61,714 nt of DNA from a virus (lineage: Duplodnaviria > Caudoviricetes), in IMG/VR virus record IMGVR_UViG_3300032213_001078, positions 1 to 61,714 of that record. One strand, given 5' to 3'. The notes under the pieces were generated by a model, which saw only the letters and a list, made by a program, of their open reading frames with translations, did no database searches and was not told where the DNA came from. A program made the translations under genes and the position numbers. This document shows, piece by piece, positions 25,134 through 35,290 of this stretch. Position 1 is the stretch's first letter. Each line of letters opens with the position of its first letter.

Positions 25134-26195
25134 TTACCAGTCTAATTTAACTCTAATTAATGCCTCTTTCGTAAAGTCTTTAACTAAAGGTTTTGACATT
25201 TTAGCTACAGCCAACAATTCGTTATTGTCATTGTACATACCAACAGTTGTAGGGAATGTTTGAGGACTGTTAATGAAGTTAGAATAAACCAAGTTACCAG
25301 AACCAGATATGAATGAAGGGTTACTAGTGTAGTTGTATTCTCCGTTTTTAACTCTTACAAATACATAGTTAGAAGAGATTGTTTCTTGAGAATTTAATTG
25401 GAATCCAGATCCAGTTACAGAGAAAGCTCTAGCTCCACTTACAAATAATTCTAAAACTTTAGAATGATTGAATCCACCTAAAGCTGGTAAAGTACTACCG
25501 GTCATTTGTACGTTTAAACCTCCTGAACCAACTGGCAATGCCAAAGCTGATGGGTTTAAAATGATCGTGCCCATATCAGGTAAGTAGAAACCATAAGATC
25601 CAGCAGTTGTGTATCCTTTTGAAGCTCCCGCTAATGTTGGAGATGATGCAGCACTACCGTTAGATCCTGAAATTAAATTGTATAATCTTCCACCGTCAAC
25701 GTAAGTTATAGTAGAGATATCGTTTGAGTTATCGGTTAAAGATAATAAAGCAGATCCTGTGCCCAATACTAAGTTAAAAGTACCTGGCATTAAACTCTCT
25801 TTGTATCTGTTTCTATCAACAGGAAGAGCAATTAAATTTAAAGAAGAGGTTACTCCAGTTCCGTTATAAGAGAAATCTACTAAAGACTCAGCGTCTCCGT
25901 AAATTAAGTTTCTGTACTGTCCAAAAGTAATTCTACTTGGAGTATTTTGAGGGATCAACGGATTTAAAGGCGCTGAACCAGAACCGAAAGCGTGTCCGTA
26001 AGCAATAGAAAATTGAACTGCAGCATTGCTAAGATTAGATGCTGTTTGATACACATCTAAGTAATAACTTCCTGTAGCATTACCTGCTAAAGTAAAAAAT
26101 TGAGTAAGAACAGGAGAATTTGTGCTCCATGCTGGTGCTGTTACCGAATCTGCTGAGATCACAAAGTCTGTTGCGTCTAATCTTGAGAATGACAT
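25134..26195 (-). CDS. virion structural protein (tail/baseplate region)
   Basis: S/G/T/N-rich; TTVGMYNDNNELLAVAK motif typical of tail-fibre attachment domains. Confidence 0.7.
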   Translation of the reverse strand: MSFSRLDATDFVISADSVTAPAWSTNSPVLTQFFTLAGNATGSYYLDVYQTASNLSNAAVQFSIAYGHAFGSGSAPLNPLIPQNTPSRITFGQYRNLIYGDAESLVDFSYNGTGVTSSLNLIALPVDRNRYKESLMPGTFNLVLGTGSALLSLTDNSNDISTITYVDGGRLYNLISGSNGSAASSPTLAGASKGYTTAGSYGFYLPDMGTIILNPSALALPVGSGGLNVQMTGSTLPALGGFNHSKVLELFVSGARAFSVTGSGFQLNSQETISSNYVFVRVKNGEYNYTSNPSFISGSGNLVYSNFINSPQTFPTTVGMYNDNNELLAVAKMSKPLVKDFTKEALIRVKLDW

Positions 26196-26204
26196 AGTTT
26201 AATA

Positions 26205-26864
26205 TTATTGAGTTACTTTTGTAATGTTTACTGGTACACTTATTCTTGCTCCTGAATCTCTACCAACGATAACCAATGTGGTGTACAATGTAGAGTTATT
26301 TCCGAATAATGTATTTAATGTTGTAGCTGACAAGTTGATTGTTGTACCAATTACAGTCTTACTAACGTTAGTACCGATTGTAGTTGTGGTATTCAATGCT
26401 GTAGCTTCTGGAGTATTAACACCCAAACCATTGAAGGCACTCATTGTTCTAACGTCTCCGATGGTAGCAACGTAGCCCGATTGCTCGTAAGTGCTTGTAG
26501 CGCCTAAGTAGTTCAAAGTTTGAGGAGTAATAGATAGAGAAGCTCCTTGACGTAAAGAGATTGAGTTGTAGCCCACATCAATGATAGGAAGCTTAGCAGT
26601 ACCTCTTGGTAAAGTAATTAATTTGTACTTCATAATCTCTTGATCGTTAGGATATGCCTGTAAGATTGGCATAGCTTCGATTGCTTCGCCATAAAACGCA
26701 GACCCTGATGGGTGGTTAGGATTGTAAAGGGTATAATCGATCTCGTCGTCTGACAAAGAGAATTGAGTAATTCTAAAAGAACCATCGTTTCTAGCCAAAA
26801 GTTCTCTACCCTTTTTGGTTAAGATGGCGTCTACTACTACTGATGTGCTACTTAAATATGACAT
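26205..26864 (-). CDS. virion structural protein
   Basis: VDAILTKKGRELLA...ITQFSLSDDEIDY resembles fibre/baseplate attachment N-termini. Confidence 0.7.
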   Translation of the reverse strand: MSYLSSTSVVVDAILTKKGRELLARNDGSFRITQFSLSDDEIDYTLYNPNHPSGSAFYGEAIEAMPILQAYPNDQEIMKYKLITLPRGTAKLPIIDVGYNSISLRQGASLSITPQTLNYLGATSTYEQSGYVATIGDVRTMSAFNGLGVNTPEATALNTTTTIGTNVSKTVIGTTINLSATTLNTLFGNNSTLYTTLVIVGRDSGARISVPVNITKVTQ

Positions 26865-26878
26865 TTTGTGTGCTTTGT

Positions 26879-26943
26879 AAATAAATATTGTGTAAAACTG
26901 TTTTGAAATATAACCTTTTTCTTTCTAATTGATATATAAATAT
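26879..26943 (-). promoter_or_regulatory. two putative late promoter motifs
   Basis: ATATTTAT on the minus strand at 26879-26888 and 26935-26943. Confidence 0.55.
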
Positions 26944-26953
26944 TTGTGGTGCC

Positions 26954-29900
26954 TTAAATTAAATTTTGCTGTTTCAAAGCTTTGACCAAATTTCCCGAGT
27001 TTCTTCTTACTAAAGGGTTAATATATTGAGGGAATACTAAACCATCTTGAGGTATATTGGTACTAGAGGTATAGTTCAATATCAAGTTTGTCTCATCTGG
27101 GATATGCTTTAAGACTATGTATCTAGAAACAAAGCTTGGGAAACTTGTGCTATCTATATTATTCAAACTGATACCTCTATCTATATTAACATAATAGTAA
27201 GTAGTTCCAGCCTCTTGAGCTTGATACGCTGATATTACTCTAAATTCGTCCTCTCTTCCAAATGTTTGAGACTGTTTATTGTAAAGTCTTACCATATCTC
27301 CTTTTTCTACAGTGAATGGGAATACTGGTGTTTCTAAACCTGGCGCTGGTTGACCTGCGAAAGTAAAGCTACCATAGTATAGCGATTGAGTTACTGAAAG
27401 TCTAAGAGTTGTGTTATTAACTGCATACCATCTACTTTGAGAAGTCGATTCACTTACACTATTAAAGAATACTGTTTGATTAAAGGTCTGAACCGTACCA
27501 GGCGTGAAAGCAGATACGTCGAACAACTCAGGCGCTAAGAATAAACTAGGATCTCCAGGCATTACTTGATTTAATGTTTGAGAAAAAGCTGTTCCAGAGT
27601 TATATTCTAAATAAAGAATTTGATCTGAGTAACCTAAATTTATTGCAGCGGAAGTAGCTCTTCTTCTTAATCCTATTCTTAAATTTTGAGAGATAGGAGT
27701 AGGAGTTAAACCATAACTAATAACTACATTGTAAGTAAATTGAATACCTGGTGCAACTAAAGTTGAAGCTATAGAGAAATTATCTATATTATTACTACTA
27801 TTAGGAATAAAGTAGTTGGCAGATCCTGTAGCTTGGAATTGGTTTTGCGCAGCAAAAGGATCTCTAAATAAATAAACCATGTTGGCTGTAGATCCAGTGT
27901 TGTATAAAACTGGAGAGTATCTATAACCGCCTTCAAATAAAGATAAGTTTCTATTGTTAGTTAAAAACTGTATGTTTTGATCATCTGGATTGTAGTCAAA
28001 TAAAGACACATCCACTGTTTCTCCTGATTTGAATACATTCTGAACAGTGAAGATATTCTCGTTAGCTTTTGTTAAGTTCAATACATTTTGATCGTTATTG
28101 AAAATATATTTAATTTGAGCATTTACTCTACCAGGTAATTGGAAAGAAGAAGAGTACATGTCTACTAAGTAAGCATATTGAAACTTAATCTTATCTATCG
28201 CCGCAGTGCTACCATAAGACTCATCTCCTTCTGTATAATCATTATAATTAGCACTTACTGTTTTAGATCCATAATATCTTGGTACTGTGAAAGAATTCAA
28301 TCTATAGTTTGTATCCTGTAATTCTGCGTAAGGATTATTAGGATTAGTGTAAGTATTATAGTTATCTGTCTGAGCTCTATTAATAGACTGAGTGATCAAA
28401 CCTAAATTAATAGGAGTTAACTGATCAGAAGTATAGTCTAAATTAAAGAATCTTTCTGATCTAACTGAAGCGGAAACGTTTTGATAAAGATAATCTAAAG
28501 AATATGTAGTGTAATTAGTTTGAACTCCATTATATTGTATAGAAGAAACTTCTGTTTGATCTCCTATAGAAGTTTGAGTAGTCGCAGTAATTACTGTTCC
28601 TCCAAATTCTCCATTGTATAATTCTATTCCATCTGTGCTAGTGTATGGAATTAATCCCAAAGAAGAAGTATAAAAGCCAGAGTTAGTAGTACTTCCAGAA
28701 ATAGCTCCAGCAATGCCTCCGTCTACGTAGATCATATCAATAGACTGGGATACGTTATTATCCATGCTCATGCTAGGCTCGTGTCTAGCGTACTTATTTC
28801 TCTCTAGAATGTGACTCTTAACAATTATACCAGTAGACAAATTTGCTCTCGCTGGCACAAAGTCTCTAACTGTTTTAAATAGTACGTTGTTGTAGTACTT
28901 GATTAATCTAATATATTCCCAAACACTATGAGGTTGAGTATAAGATGCAAAATATGCTTCTTTTTGAGCTTCTAAACTTGGGTAATAATTAGCGTAAGCA
29001 TCCGAAGGTTTACCTATTAATTGATTGATATTCAAAGTAGGCAAAGAACCAGTTATGTTTGCATTGATAGTATTTGCAGGAGAAAAACCAACTTCTACGT
29101 TTGTTGAGTTAATTCTTTTATCTGTGTTGTACCATTGAAGTGTAGCATAAGGAGAAAGTACAGACGCACTCAATTCAGTAGGAGTTGTGTATTGATCCAT
29201 ATGTTGAAAGATCATATGGTTGTCTTCCATAGAGCCTGACACGATATCAATCTTGTCATTATTTATTTCAAATACACCAACACTTCCAGACCAGTATTCT
29301 CCGCCAAATTCGTTAACTGTTAAGATGCTTTCAGGAATACCGAAAGTAGAAATTAATGCTTTAACAGATCTTTGAGTTCCTCTTGTTTTTAACAAGTAAG
29401 GTAAGTTATGATAAAGTCTTTTATATAATTCGCCTTGTAAATCTTCGTTTCCTAAAGTTGGAATACTAGAGGTAACATAAGTGTTTATAACTTCTGATCC
29501 TGTTGGAGGCAATAAAGTTCCATCAGGATTAATACCAAATAATGTATAGTATAAGTTGTCTGAAACGTTTGAGTTCGTATATAGTTCGAATCCTAAACCT
29601 CTTAAAGCATCAGATACCATGTCTAAAGATATTCCAGTTTCAGGATTATTAGTAGCATCATATCTTGTAGTAACGTCTTTGTAGTACAACCAAATATTAT
29701 CAAAGTGTTGACCAATCATATTCAAGAATGTCGTGTAAGGAGCATTGCTTGGATCGTCCAACAAGTATTGTGGAATAGCGTTAGTTAATTGATCTTTGTT
29801 TGTCGCATCGTAAAGAGAAGCTGAGTATAACAAAGAAGAGGTATAAGCACTAGGAACAGTTTCAGCAGAGCCTAACCAATTTATGGCTTCTGAAGAGGTT

Positions 29901-31051
29901 ACTGAATACAGCTCGTAAGGTTGTGTATTGGTTTGTTTAGGCCAAGCCCAACTAGCCGACGTAAAATATAAGTAGTATTCATAAAGATCAAACTTCTCTA
30001 TAAGACTATCAACAGATTTTTGAATTACATTTATAGAAGAAGACACAATGTTGATACTAGTACCATTATTGTAAAGTTCGTTCTGCGCAGCAATTTGTGC
30101 ATTGTAGCTTTCTAATAACTGCAACTTATATACGAAGTTGTTTACTCTTTCTGTAGCGTTAGAGAAGTGTATGAAGTTACCAAAGTTAGTGTAGTCTACG
30201 TTAATATCTACTGACTTGTCTTGATAGTAAGACAACATCTTTTGGTAAGAAGAACTAATTTCACTTGTCAAAAGACTTGCATAAGAATAGTACTCTGTAG
30301 TTTGACCGTTCTTGTCGTTTACAGCTATCTTAAAGTTAGGACCTCTTAAAGAATCTGTAGTAACTTGTACATTAGCTTCTATTTGAAAGTCTATATTAAA
30401 GCTAACAGACTCCGCAACTTTATCGACCAACCATAATTCAGACTTAACATCGTAAGCTTCAGGAAGTGGTTCGTAAAGTTTAATAAGTAGTGTAGATTCG
30501 CCTGTGTCAGGATCTTCTGAATAAGCTACGTTATTTGCAATGATTAACTCGTTATTTCCAAAGTTTAAATAAAAGTCTGGATAATAATTTTTTGTAGTAA
30601 CGTAGTTTTGATATTGACTAAAAGCATTTAGTATTACAGTGTTACTTAATACTTGAGAAGCCAATCGTATTTCTGTTCTTGAAGAAGAGATTTCTTTTAT
30701 CCAATAAAAAGTACCAAAAGATGAATTGAATAGTCTTCTTAAAAAATTGTATTGAGTATTTAGTGTTCCTCTATTAAAACCTAAAGTAGTTAAATCTTTT
30801 TCTGGATCTAATACTAAAGCAGAGTATCTATTCTCGTTTATTTTATTCTTAGAATCTGGATAGTAGTCTTCTAATTGATAGTTAACAAACTCTAAGTTTC
30901 CATTTTGATCGTACACGAAAAATTCTATATAATCGCTTGAGTCTCCAAACTCAGCTGTTATATAGTTTGACGTTATTAATCGATCGTCTTGAGGAGAATA
31001 ATCCTGTTGAACAATTCCAGGTCCATCATATATTATGTTAACTTTTTCCAT
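26954..31051 (-). CDS. large baseplate wedge-like structural protein
   Basis: IPQYL...FLNMIGQHFD and LPYLLKTRGT..SVKALISTFG (gp7/tail-I-like motif); lies next to the gp6-like gene. Confidence 0.65.
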   Translation of the reverse strand: MEKVNIIYDGPGIVQQDYSPQDDRLITSNYITAEFGDSSDYIEFFVYDQNGNLEFVNYQLEDYYPDSKNKINENRYSALVLDPEKDLTTLGFNRGTLNTQYNFLRRLFNSSFGTFYWIKEISSSRTEIRLASQVLSNTVILNAFSQYQNYVTTKNYYPDFYLNFGNNELIIANNVAYSEDPDTGESTLLIKLYEPLPEAYDVKSELWLVDKVAESVSFNIDFQIEANVQVTTDSLRGPNFKIAVNDKNGQTTEYYSYASLLTSEISSSYQKMLSYYQDKSVDINVDYTNFGNFIHFSNATERVNNFVYKLQLLESYNAQIAAQNELYNNGTSINIVSSSINVIQKSVDSLIEKFDLYEYYLYFTSASWAWPKQTNTQPYELYSVTSSEAINWLGSAETVPSAYTSSLLYSASLYDATNKDQLTNAIPQYLLDDPSNAPYTTFLNMIGQHFDNIWLYYKDVTTRYDATNNPETGISLDMVSDALRGLGFELYTNSNVSDNLYYTLFGINPDGTLLPPTGSEVINTYVTSSIPTLGNEDLQGELYKRLYHNLPYLLKTRGTQRSVKALISTFGIPESILTVNEFGGEYWSGSVGVFEINNDKIDIVSGSMEDNHMIFQHMDQYTTPTELSASVLSPYATLQWYNTDKRINSTNVEVGFSPANTINANITGSLPTLNINQLIGKPSDAYANYYPSLEAQKEAYFASYTQPHSVWEYIRLIKYYNNVLFKTVRDFVPARANLSTGIIVKSHILERNKYARHEPSMSMDNNVSQSIDMIYVDGGIAGAISGSTTNSGFYTSSLGLIPYTSTDGIELYNGEFGGTVITATTQTSIGDQTEVSSIQYNGVQTNYTTYSLDYLYQNVSASVRSERFFNLDYTSDQLTPINLGLITQSINRAQTDNYNTYTNPNNPYAELQDTNYRLNSFTVPRYYGSKTVSANYNDYTEGDESYGSTAAIDKIKFQYAYLVDMYSSSFQLPGRVNAQIKYIFNNDQNVLNLTKANENIFTVQNVFKSGETVDVSLFDYNPDDQNIQFLTNNRNLSLFEGGYRYSPVLYNTGSTANMVYLFRDPFAAQNQFQATGSANYFIPNSSNNIDNFSIASTLVAPGIQFTYNVVISYGLTPTPISQNLRIGLRRRATSAAINLGYSDQILYLEYNSGTAFSQTLNQVMPGDPSLFLAPELFDVSAFTPGTVQTFNQTVFFNSVSESTSQSRWYAVNNTTLRLSVTQSLYYGSFTFAGQPAPGLETPVFPFTVEKGDMVRLYNKQSQTFGREDEFRVISAYQAQEAGTTYYYVNIDRGISLNNIDSTSFPSFVSRYIVLKHIPDETNLILNYTSSTNIPQDGLVFPQYINPLVRRNSGNLVKALKQQNLI

Positions 31052-31395
31052 TAAAGTACTTTATTGATAGTTAGATACGTTTGACTTAAATCTAAAATCT
31101 GTTGACGAAGAGCGTTGATCTCTTCTATCAATGCCTGCTTCTCAGGATCTAATACAGATCCGCCTATATATTCTTGACTTCTTGCAACTAAAGACTCATG
31201 AGATTCCGATGTACCATTTGCTGGAATATCAAAAAATAACTGATCATAGTATCTAAAAAAATCTTCTACGGTAACAGACTCTGGCGCTGGAGCTGGTATT
31301 GCAGCAGGCGCCAATTCTGTAAAACTAGAATTTATTACCTTGTTATAGGTATTGACTCCTCTTACCTCTTTTACTAAATCTACCGATGTTGACAT
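31051..31395 (-). CDS. hypothetical structural-module protein
   Basis: Stop-start overlap with 26954..31051. Confidence 0.65.
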   Translation of the reverse strand: MSTSVDLVKEVRGVNTYNKVINSSFTELAPAAIPAPAPESVTVEDFFRYYDQLFFDIPANGTSESHESLVARSQEYIGGSVLDPEKQALIEEINALRQQILDLSQTYLTINKVL

Positions 31396-31397
31396 TT

Positions 31398-32501
31398 TTA
31401 TCTAATTATTTTGAAGATGTAATCGTTATCTACATCTATGCTTTCTCCAGTTGGTAATACAGTTTTTATTAAAATCTTATAGTATCTTTCAGGTTCTAAT
31501 CCTACCATATATAAATCAAAGTAACTACTAGTCGCATCACAACTTATTTTTGTGTATGTTGAATCGAATTCTACAATAGTTTCTTCTGCTTTTAAATCGT
31601 ACAAAGACCAATAAGATGCTCTAGGTAATGCCTTATTCACGTTATAAACAGATGAAGTAGTGAATGTTCTAGCTGGGTATTTATCTCTTGCGTTAACTCT
31701 AAATCTATATTTAGTAGTGTCAGATTTGTAACTACCTACGTTATTGTCTAGACTTAATATAAAGTTGTTATTAGATAATACACTTAAGCTACCAGTCGTA
31801 TAAACGCTATCGTCCCATTTCATTTCTAAAGTAGGAGGATATATAGTATGTGTATCTACTGAGAAGAAGTTAAGCGCTACGAAACTAGCTGAGTAGTTTT
31901 CTACGGCAGTTGGGTGTTTAACAATGAATCCGTTATTTTGAGATCCGCTAAACCAACTATTAACTATTGGAGTCACATCTACATTAATATCCTTATCATC
32001 TTTGTAAGTGTAAGATTGAGTAGCGAAAGAACCAGTCCAGTTACCGCCTCCAGGAGTTAAGAAGTAAGAAGCATTCACCCAAGTGTTAGATGCTGTAACG
32101 TAAGCGGTTGGACTGTACCAAGAAACTCCATTAACAGTATCAGGAAAATCGTTGTATTTACCAGTACCCATTTGCCAAGAAGAAGAGACTTGTCTTATTT
32201 CTAGACTATATGTAGTTGATAAATTTTCAGCGTTAGCAAGGTATAATTTAAAGCCAGCTTTCCAAGAACCAGTAGAGTAAGACTTTATGGTGTTGATATC
32301 TGCATCGCTAAATAATACCAAAGCTCTTCTAAGATCGTCGTTAGATATTGGTCCAGCTGGATCTATATCAACAGAGTAATCAACTAACGTAGGGTTATTT
32401 TTAGCTGACACTTCTAATATCTCATCAAGACCTGTATTTTTTACAGGAAATCTTGAATAGATTGTTGCGTCTGCTGTGGGAAATATTTTATATACTGCCA
32501 T
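31398..32501 (-). CDS. virion structural protein (DNRLRE-like domain)
   Basis: DATIYS....NTGLDEILEV, RALVLF, DVTPIVNSW..G.NNGFIVK, F.S.DT...P.LE..WDD. Confidence 0.6.
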   Translation of the reverse strand: MAVYKIFPTADATIYSRFPVKNTGLDEILEVSAKNNPTLVDYSVDIDPAGPISNDDLRRALVLFSDADINTIKSYSTGSWKAGFKLYLANAENLSTTYSLEIRQVSSSWQMGTGKYNDFPDTVNGVSWYSPTAYVTASNTWVNASYFLTPGGGNWTGSFATQSYTYKDDKDINVDVTPIVNSWFSGSQNNGFIVKHPTAVENYSASFVALNFFSVDTHTIYPPTLEMKWDDSVYTTGSLSVLSNNNFILSLDNNVGSYKSDTTKYRFRVNARDKYPARTFTTSSVYNVNKALPRASYWSLYDLKAEETIVEFDSTYTKISCDATSSYFDLYMVGLEPERYYKILIKTVLPTGESIDVDNDYIFKIIR

Positions 32502-32511
32502 TGTTTATTCT

Positions 32512-34368
32512 TTAAAATGTTACTACTCTACCTTTTATGTCTGTTTGAGGAAACTTTAATTCGAATATAGACGGATCCAAAGAAGGATAGATCACATTGT
32601 TTAAAGTTGCCGCTTTAATATCGTAAGAGTACTTAGAGTAGTTATTTGCTTCTCCTGATTTATTTGATATTGATACATCTTTAACTGTTTGAACTCCATC
32701 TATTTGATCTAATAAAGCGTATAGATCTCCTAATATAATAGGTTGATTTATTTGCCAATTGTCTTTGTCAAAATAGTTTTGTAAAGATAAAATACATCTA
32801 GCTAAAACGTCTTGGCTTGTATAGTTAGGTCTTATTACAATATCAAAGTTACATCCAATATTAATTATATACGCTGGCTTAATATTGATGGCGTCTGTCA
32901 ACATTCTATAATCTGATATGTAAGTTTTTAAATTTTCCATAAGAGGCATAGAAGGAGTAGCCAAATGATTATTGTTGTCTAAACCTAATACATAAAGACT
33001 CACCATTATTTGATCTCTTTGGCTATTATCTGCCGCTAAATAATTTGTATATGTAGCATCGTCTTTTGTGATATACGCTTTAGATATTTTACCAAACTTA
33101 GAAGGCATACTTAAACATCTTGCCAAATAATCCTCTTGTGTAACAGCTCTTAATTGACTAGAGAACTCTGCTTGAATGTTTAGTTTTAATTCAACATCAG
33201 AATCTCCATCTCCGCCACCAGAAGCTGGATCAATGTTATTAGTAACTACTGTATTTTCGAAAGATAAGTCTGCCGCTGTTACTGATTTGTTTACTATATA
33301 AGTTAACTCATTAGATAATACGTTAGCAGAAGCTCCGCCTCCAACTAAATAAGTAAATGTTAATGTAGTATTCTGAGGAGCCAATCCGTAAGTTTGTGTA
33401 GTAACAAAATTAGTAGGATCGAATGCAGTGTTTAGTAAAGTCAAACCAGAAGTAAGACCAACTCCAACTGTATTTGGATTAGGAATTACACTAGTGTCTG
33501 AAACTTGATTTATACCAGAACCAAATTCTATATTCATAGTTCCATCAGCTTGATATCTTGTGGTGAATCTTCTAGGAACATTTAATTTTTCTATCATATA
33601 AGGCACTTGATTAGCGCTTTGATAGAATTCTGGGTAATTAGCTGCTGTGTTTGTAACAGGGTTTAAAATATAGTCTTGTGCTAAGTAAGGCACTTCGTAC
33701 CACAAGTTACCGTCTGAATCTTCTACTTTTAAAATGGTAATGATATCAGTGTCTTGTAAATTTATAGTAACAAATCTTTCAGCAGATCCAAAGTTAAACT
33801 GTTGTGTTTTAACTTGACCTGATATTGCTTGAGTAGTTTTTTCTAATAAGAAACTTGTAGGAACTCCAAAAGAATCCACTGTATAAGTAGAAACTGTAGT
33901 AGGATCTAAAGAAGAAGAAGTAGTAAAGTCTACTTTATTTGGAACATAAAAGAAGTTAGAAGTATCTATGTTAGATCTTATCTGCATTCCTTCTGCAATA
34001 GTAAGAGCGTAAGTGAAATCAGGAACAAATGTACCCGCTTCGTTAGCTGAAGGAACCTGTTGATAAACTTGAAGATCCACAACTGCGGCAGAGGTAGTCT
34101 TTGGTCTGTAGCCTAACATGTAAGCCATAGAGTACAAATTACCCTTTTGTTTTGCGTATTGTAAAAAAGTCTCTTGTAATTGATTGTCCAAATAGAAAGA
34201 TAAAACGTCTCCAACGTAAGCGGCCATTTCTATAAACATAGAACCTGGTGAGGCTTGAGTAAAATCGTTATACACCGTAGGATAATACGATTTAGCATAT
34301 TCTATCAAGTCCGATTTAAACGAACTAAAATCTTTATTAAGATATTTTACATCTGTACTGTTTGGCAT
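32512..34368 (-). CDS. baseplate wedge subunit (T4 gp6 / baseplate J-like)
   Basis: DFSSFKSDL, AYVGDVLSFYLD, IEFGSG, YLVGGG..ANV, RAVTQEDY. Confidence 0.9.
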   Translation of the reverse strand: MPNSTDVKYLNKDFSSFKSDLIEYAKSYYPTVYNDFTQASPGSMFIEMAAYVGDVLSFYLDNQLQETFLQYAKQKGNLYSMAYMLGYRPKTTSAAVVDLQVYQQVPSANEAGTFVPDFTYALTIAEGMQIRSNIDTSNFFYVPNKVDFTTSSSLDPTTVSTYTVDSFGVPTSFLLEKTTQAISGQVKTQQFNFGSAERFVTINLQDTDIITILKVEDSDGNLWYEVPYLAQDYILNPVTNTAANYPEFYQSANQVPYMIEKLNVPRRFTTRYQADGTMNIEFGSGINQVSDTSVIPNPNTVGVGLTSGLTLLNTAFDPTNFVTTQTYGLAPQNTTLTFTYLVGGGASANVLSNELTYIVNKSVTAADLSFENTVVTNNIDPASGGGDGDSDVELKLNIQAEFSSQLRAVTQEDYLARCLSMPSKFGKISKAYITKDDATYTNYLAADNSQRDQIMVSLYVLGLDNNNHLATPSMPLMENLKTYISDYRMLTDAINIKPAYIINIGCNFDIVIRPNYTSQDVLARCILSLQNYFDKDNWQINQPIILGDLYALLDQIDGVQTVKDVSISNKSGEANNYSKYSYDIKAATLNNVIYPSLDPSIFELKFPQTDIKGRVVTF

Positions 34369-34370
34369 CT

Positions 34371-34784
34371 TTATACGTTTTGTATTGTCAATAACACTTC
34401 GTCTGACTCTTTTGTATTTCTAATATTATAACTAAATTCTATATTAATAGCTCCTATATTAACGTCAGAACTAACTACTAAACTAATTACGTTAACGTTT
34501 GGAAAATTATTTTCTATTTGACTGATTAGCATAGTTCTTAGATCGTCTGTAGTATTTGTTTCTAACTGTTCAAATAAGAATGATCTTAAACCAGCTCCAA
34601 AGTTAGGACTAAAAGGTCTTTCTCTAGGATCAGTTAACAAGAAGTTAATCAAGTTATACTTTGTCTGATCTTTAGTGCTATACACGGTATTGAAAACGTT
34701 AGAAGTAGAAAAAGGAATGCTAACTCCTACTCCAGTAGAAGGGCGCAAATCAAGGGGTGATATTTTTCTTGCGTTATATGCCAT
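34371..34784 (-). CDS. baseplate wedge subunit (T4 gp25-like)
   Basis: NLINFLLT..RERPFSPNFGAGLRSFLFE. Confidence 0.9.
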   Translation of the reverse strand: MAYNARKISPLDLRPSTGVGVSIPFSTSNVFNTVYSTKDQTKYNLINFLLTDPRERPFSPNFGAGLRSFLFEQLETNTTDDLRTMLISQIENNFPNVNVISLVVSSDVNIGAINIEFSYNIRNTKESDEVLLTIQNV

Positions 34785-35257
34785 TACATTACGCCTTTGG
34801 CTCTCATTTTACTCATTAAATCTGTGAAGTCAGGTACCTCGTTTATTTGTACCATGCTTGGATCAGAACTAGGTCTTGCTGAGGACAACATACCATTAAC
34901 GTCTCCTACTGCAACTTGCTTTGGTTGAAAGAAGCTAGTTGGATCTATTCCTATCGAATCAGGCCCAATGTCTGAAGTGTTAAAAGACATATCGTCCATA
35001 TCACCCATTGTCATTGCTGTTTCATTTAGTATATTTGCCAAAGGATTGCCTGTGAAGTTAGGTTTAGGACGCACTGGTTGTGTGTTTAGTGTGCCTGGTA
35101 CAGCCATTTTAGGTCTCTTTGATTCTTTTATAACCTCTTTAGGAGAGCTTGAGGATTGAATCTCCTTTAAAATGGTAGGCATTTCTTGACGGATCGCATT
35201 TACGACCTCTTCCCTGATCAATTTCTTTAGTAATTCTAATTGGTTACTTTTTGCCAT
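34784..35257 (-). CDS. hypothetical protein
   Basis: LKKLIREEV N-terminus; late motif upstream. Confidence 0.7.
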   Translation of the reverse strand: MAKSNQLELLKKLIREEVVNAIRQEMPTILKEIQSSSSPKEVIKESKRPKMAVPGTLNTQPVRPKPNFTGNPLANILNETAMTMGDMDDMSFNTSDIGPDSIGIDPTSFFQPKQVAVGDVNGMLSSARPSSDPSMVQINEVPDFTDLMSKMRAKGVM

Positions 35258-35261
35258 ATCC

Positions 35262-35270
35262 TATAAATAT
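35262..35270 (-). promoter_or_regulatory. putative late promoter motif
   Basis: ATATTTATA 4 nt before ATG 35257. Confidence 0.6.
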
Positions 35271-35290
35271 TGATTTTATAATATTCCTTT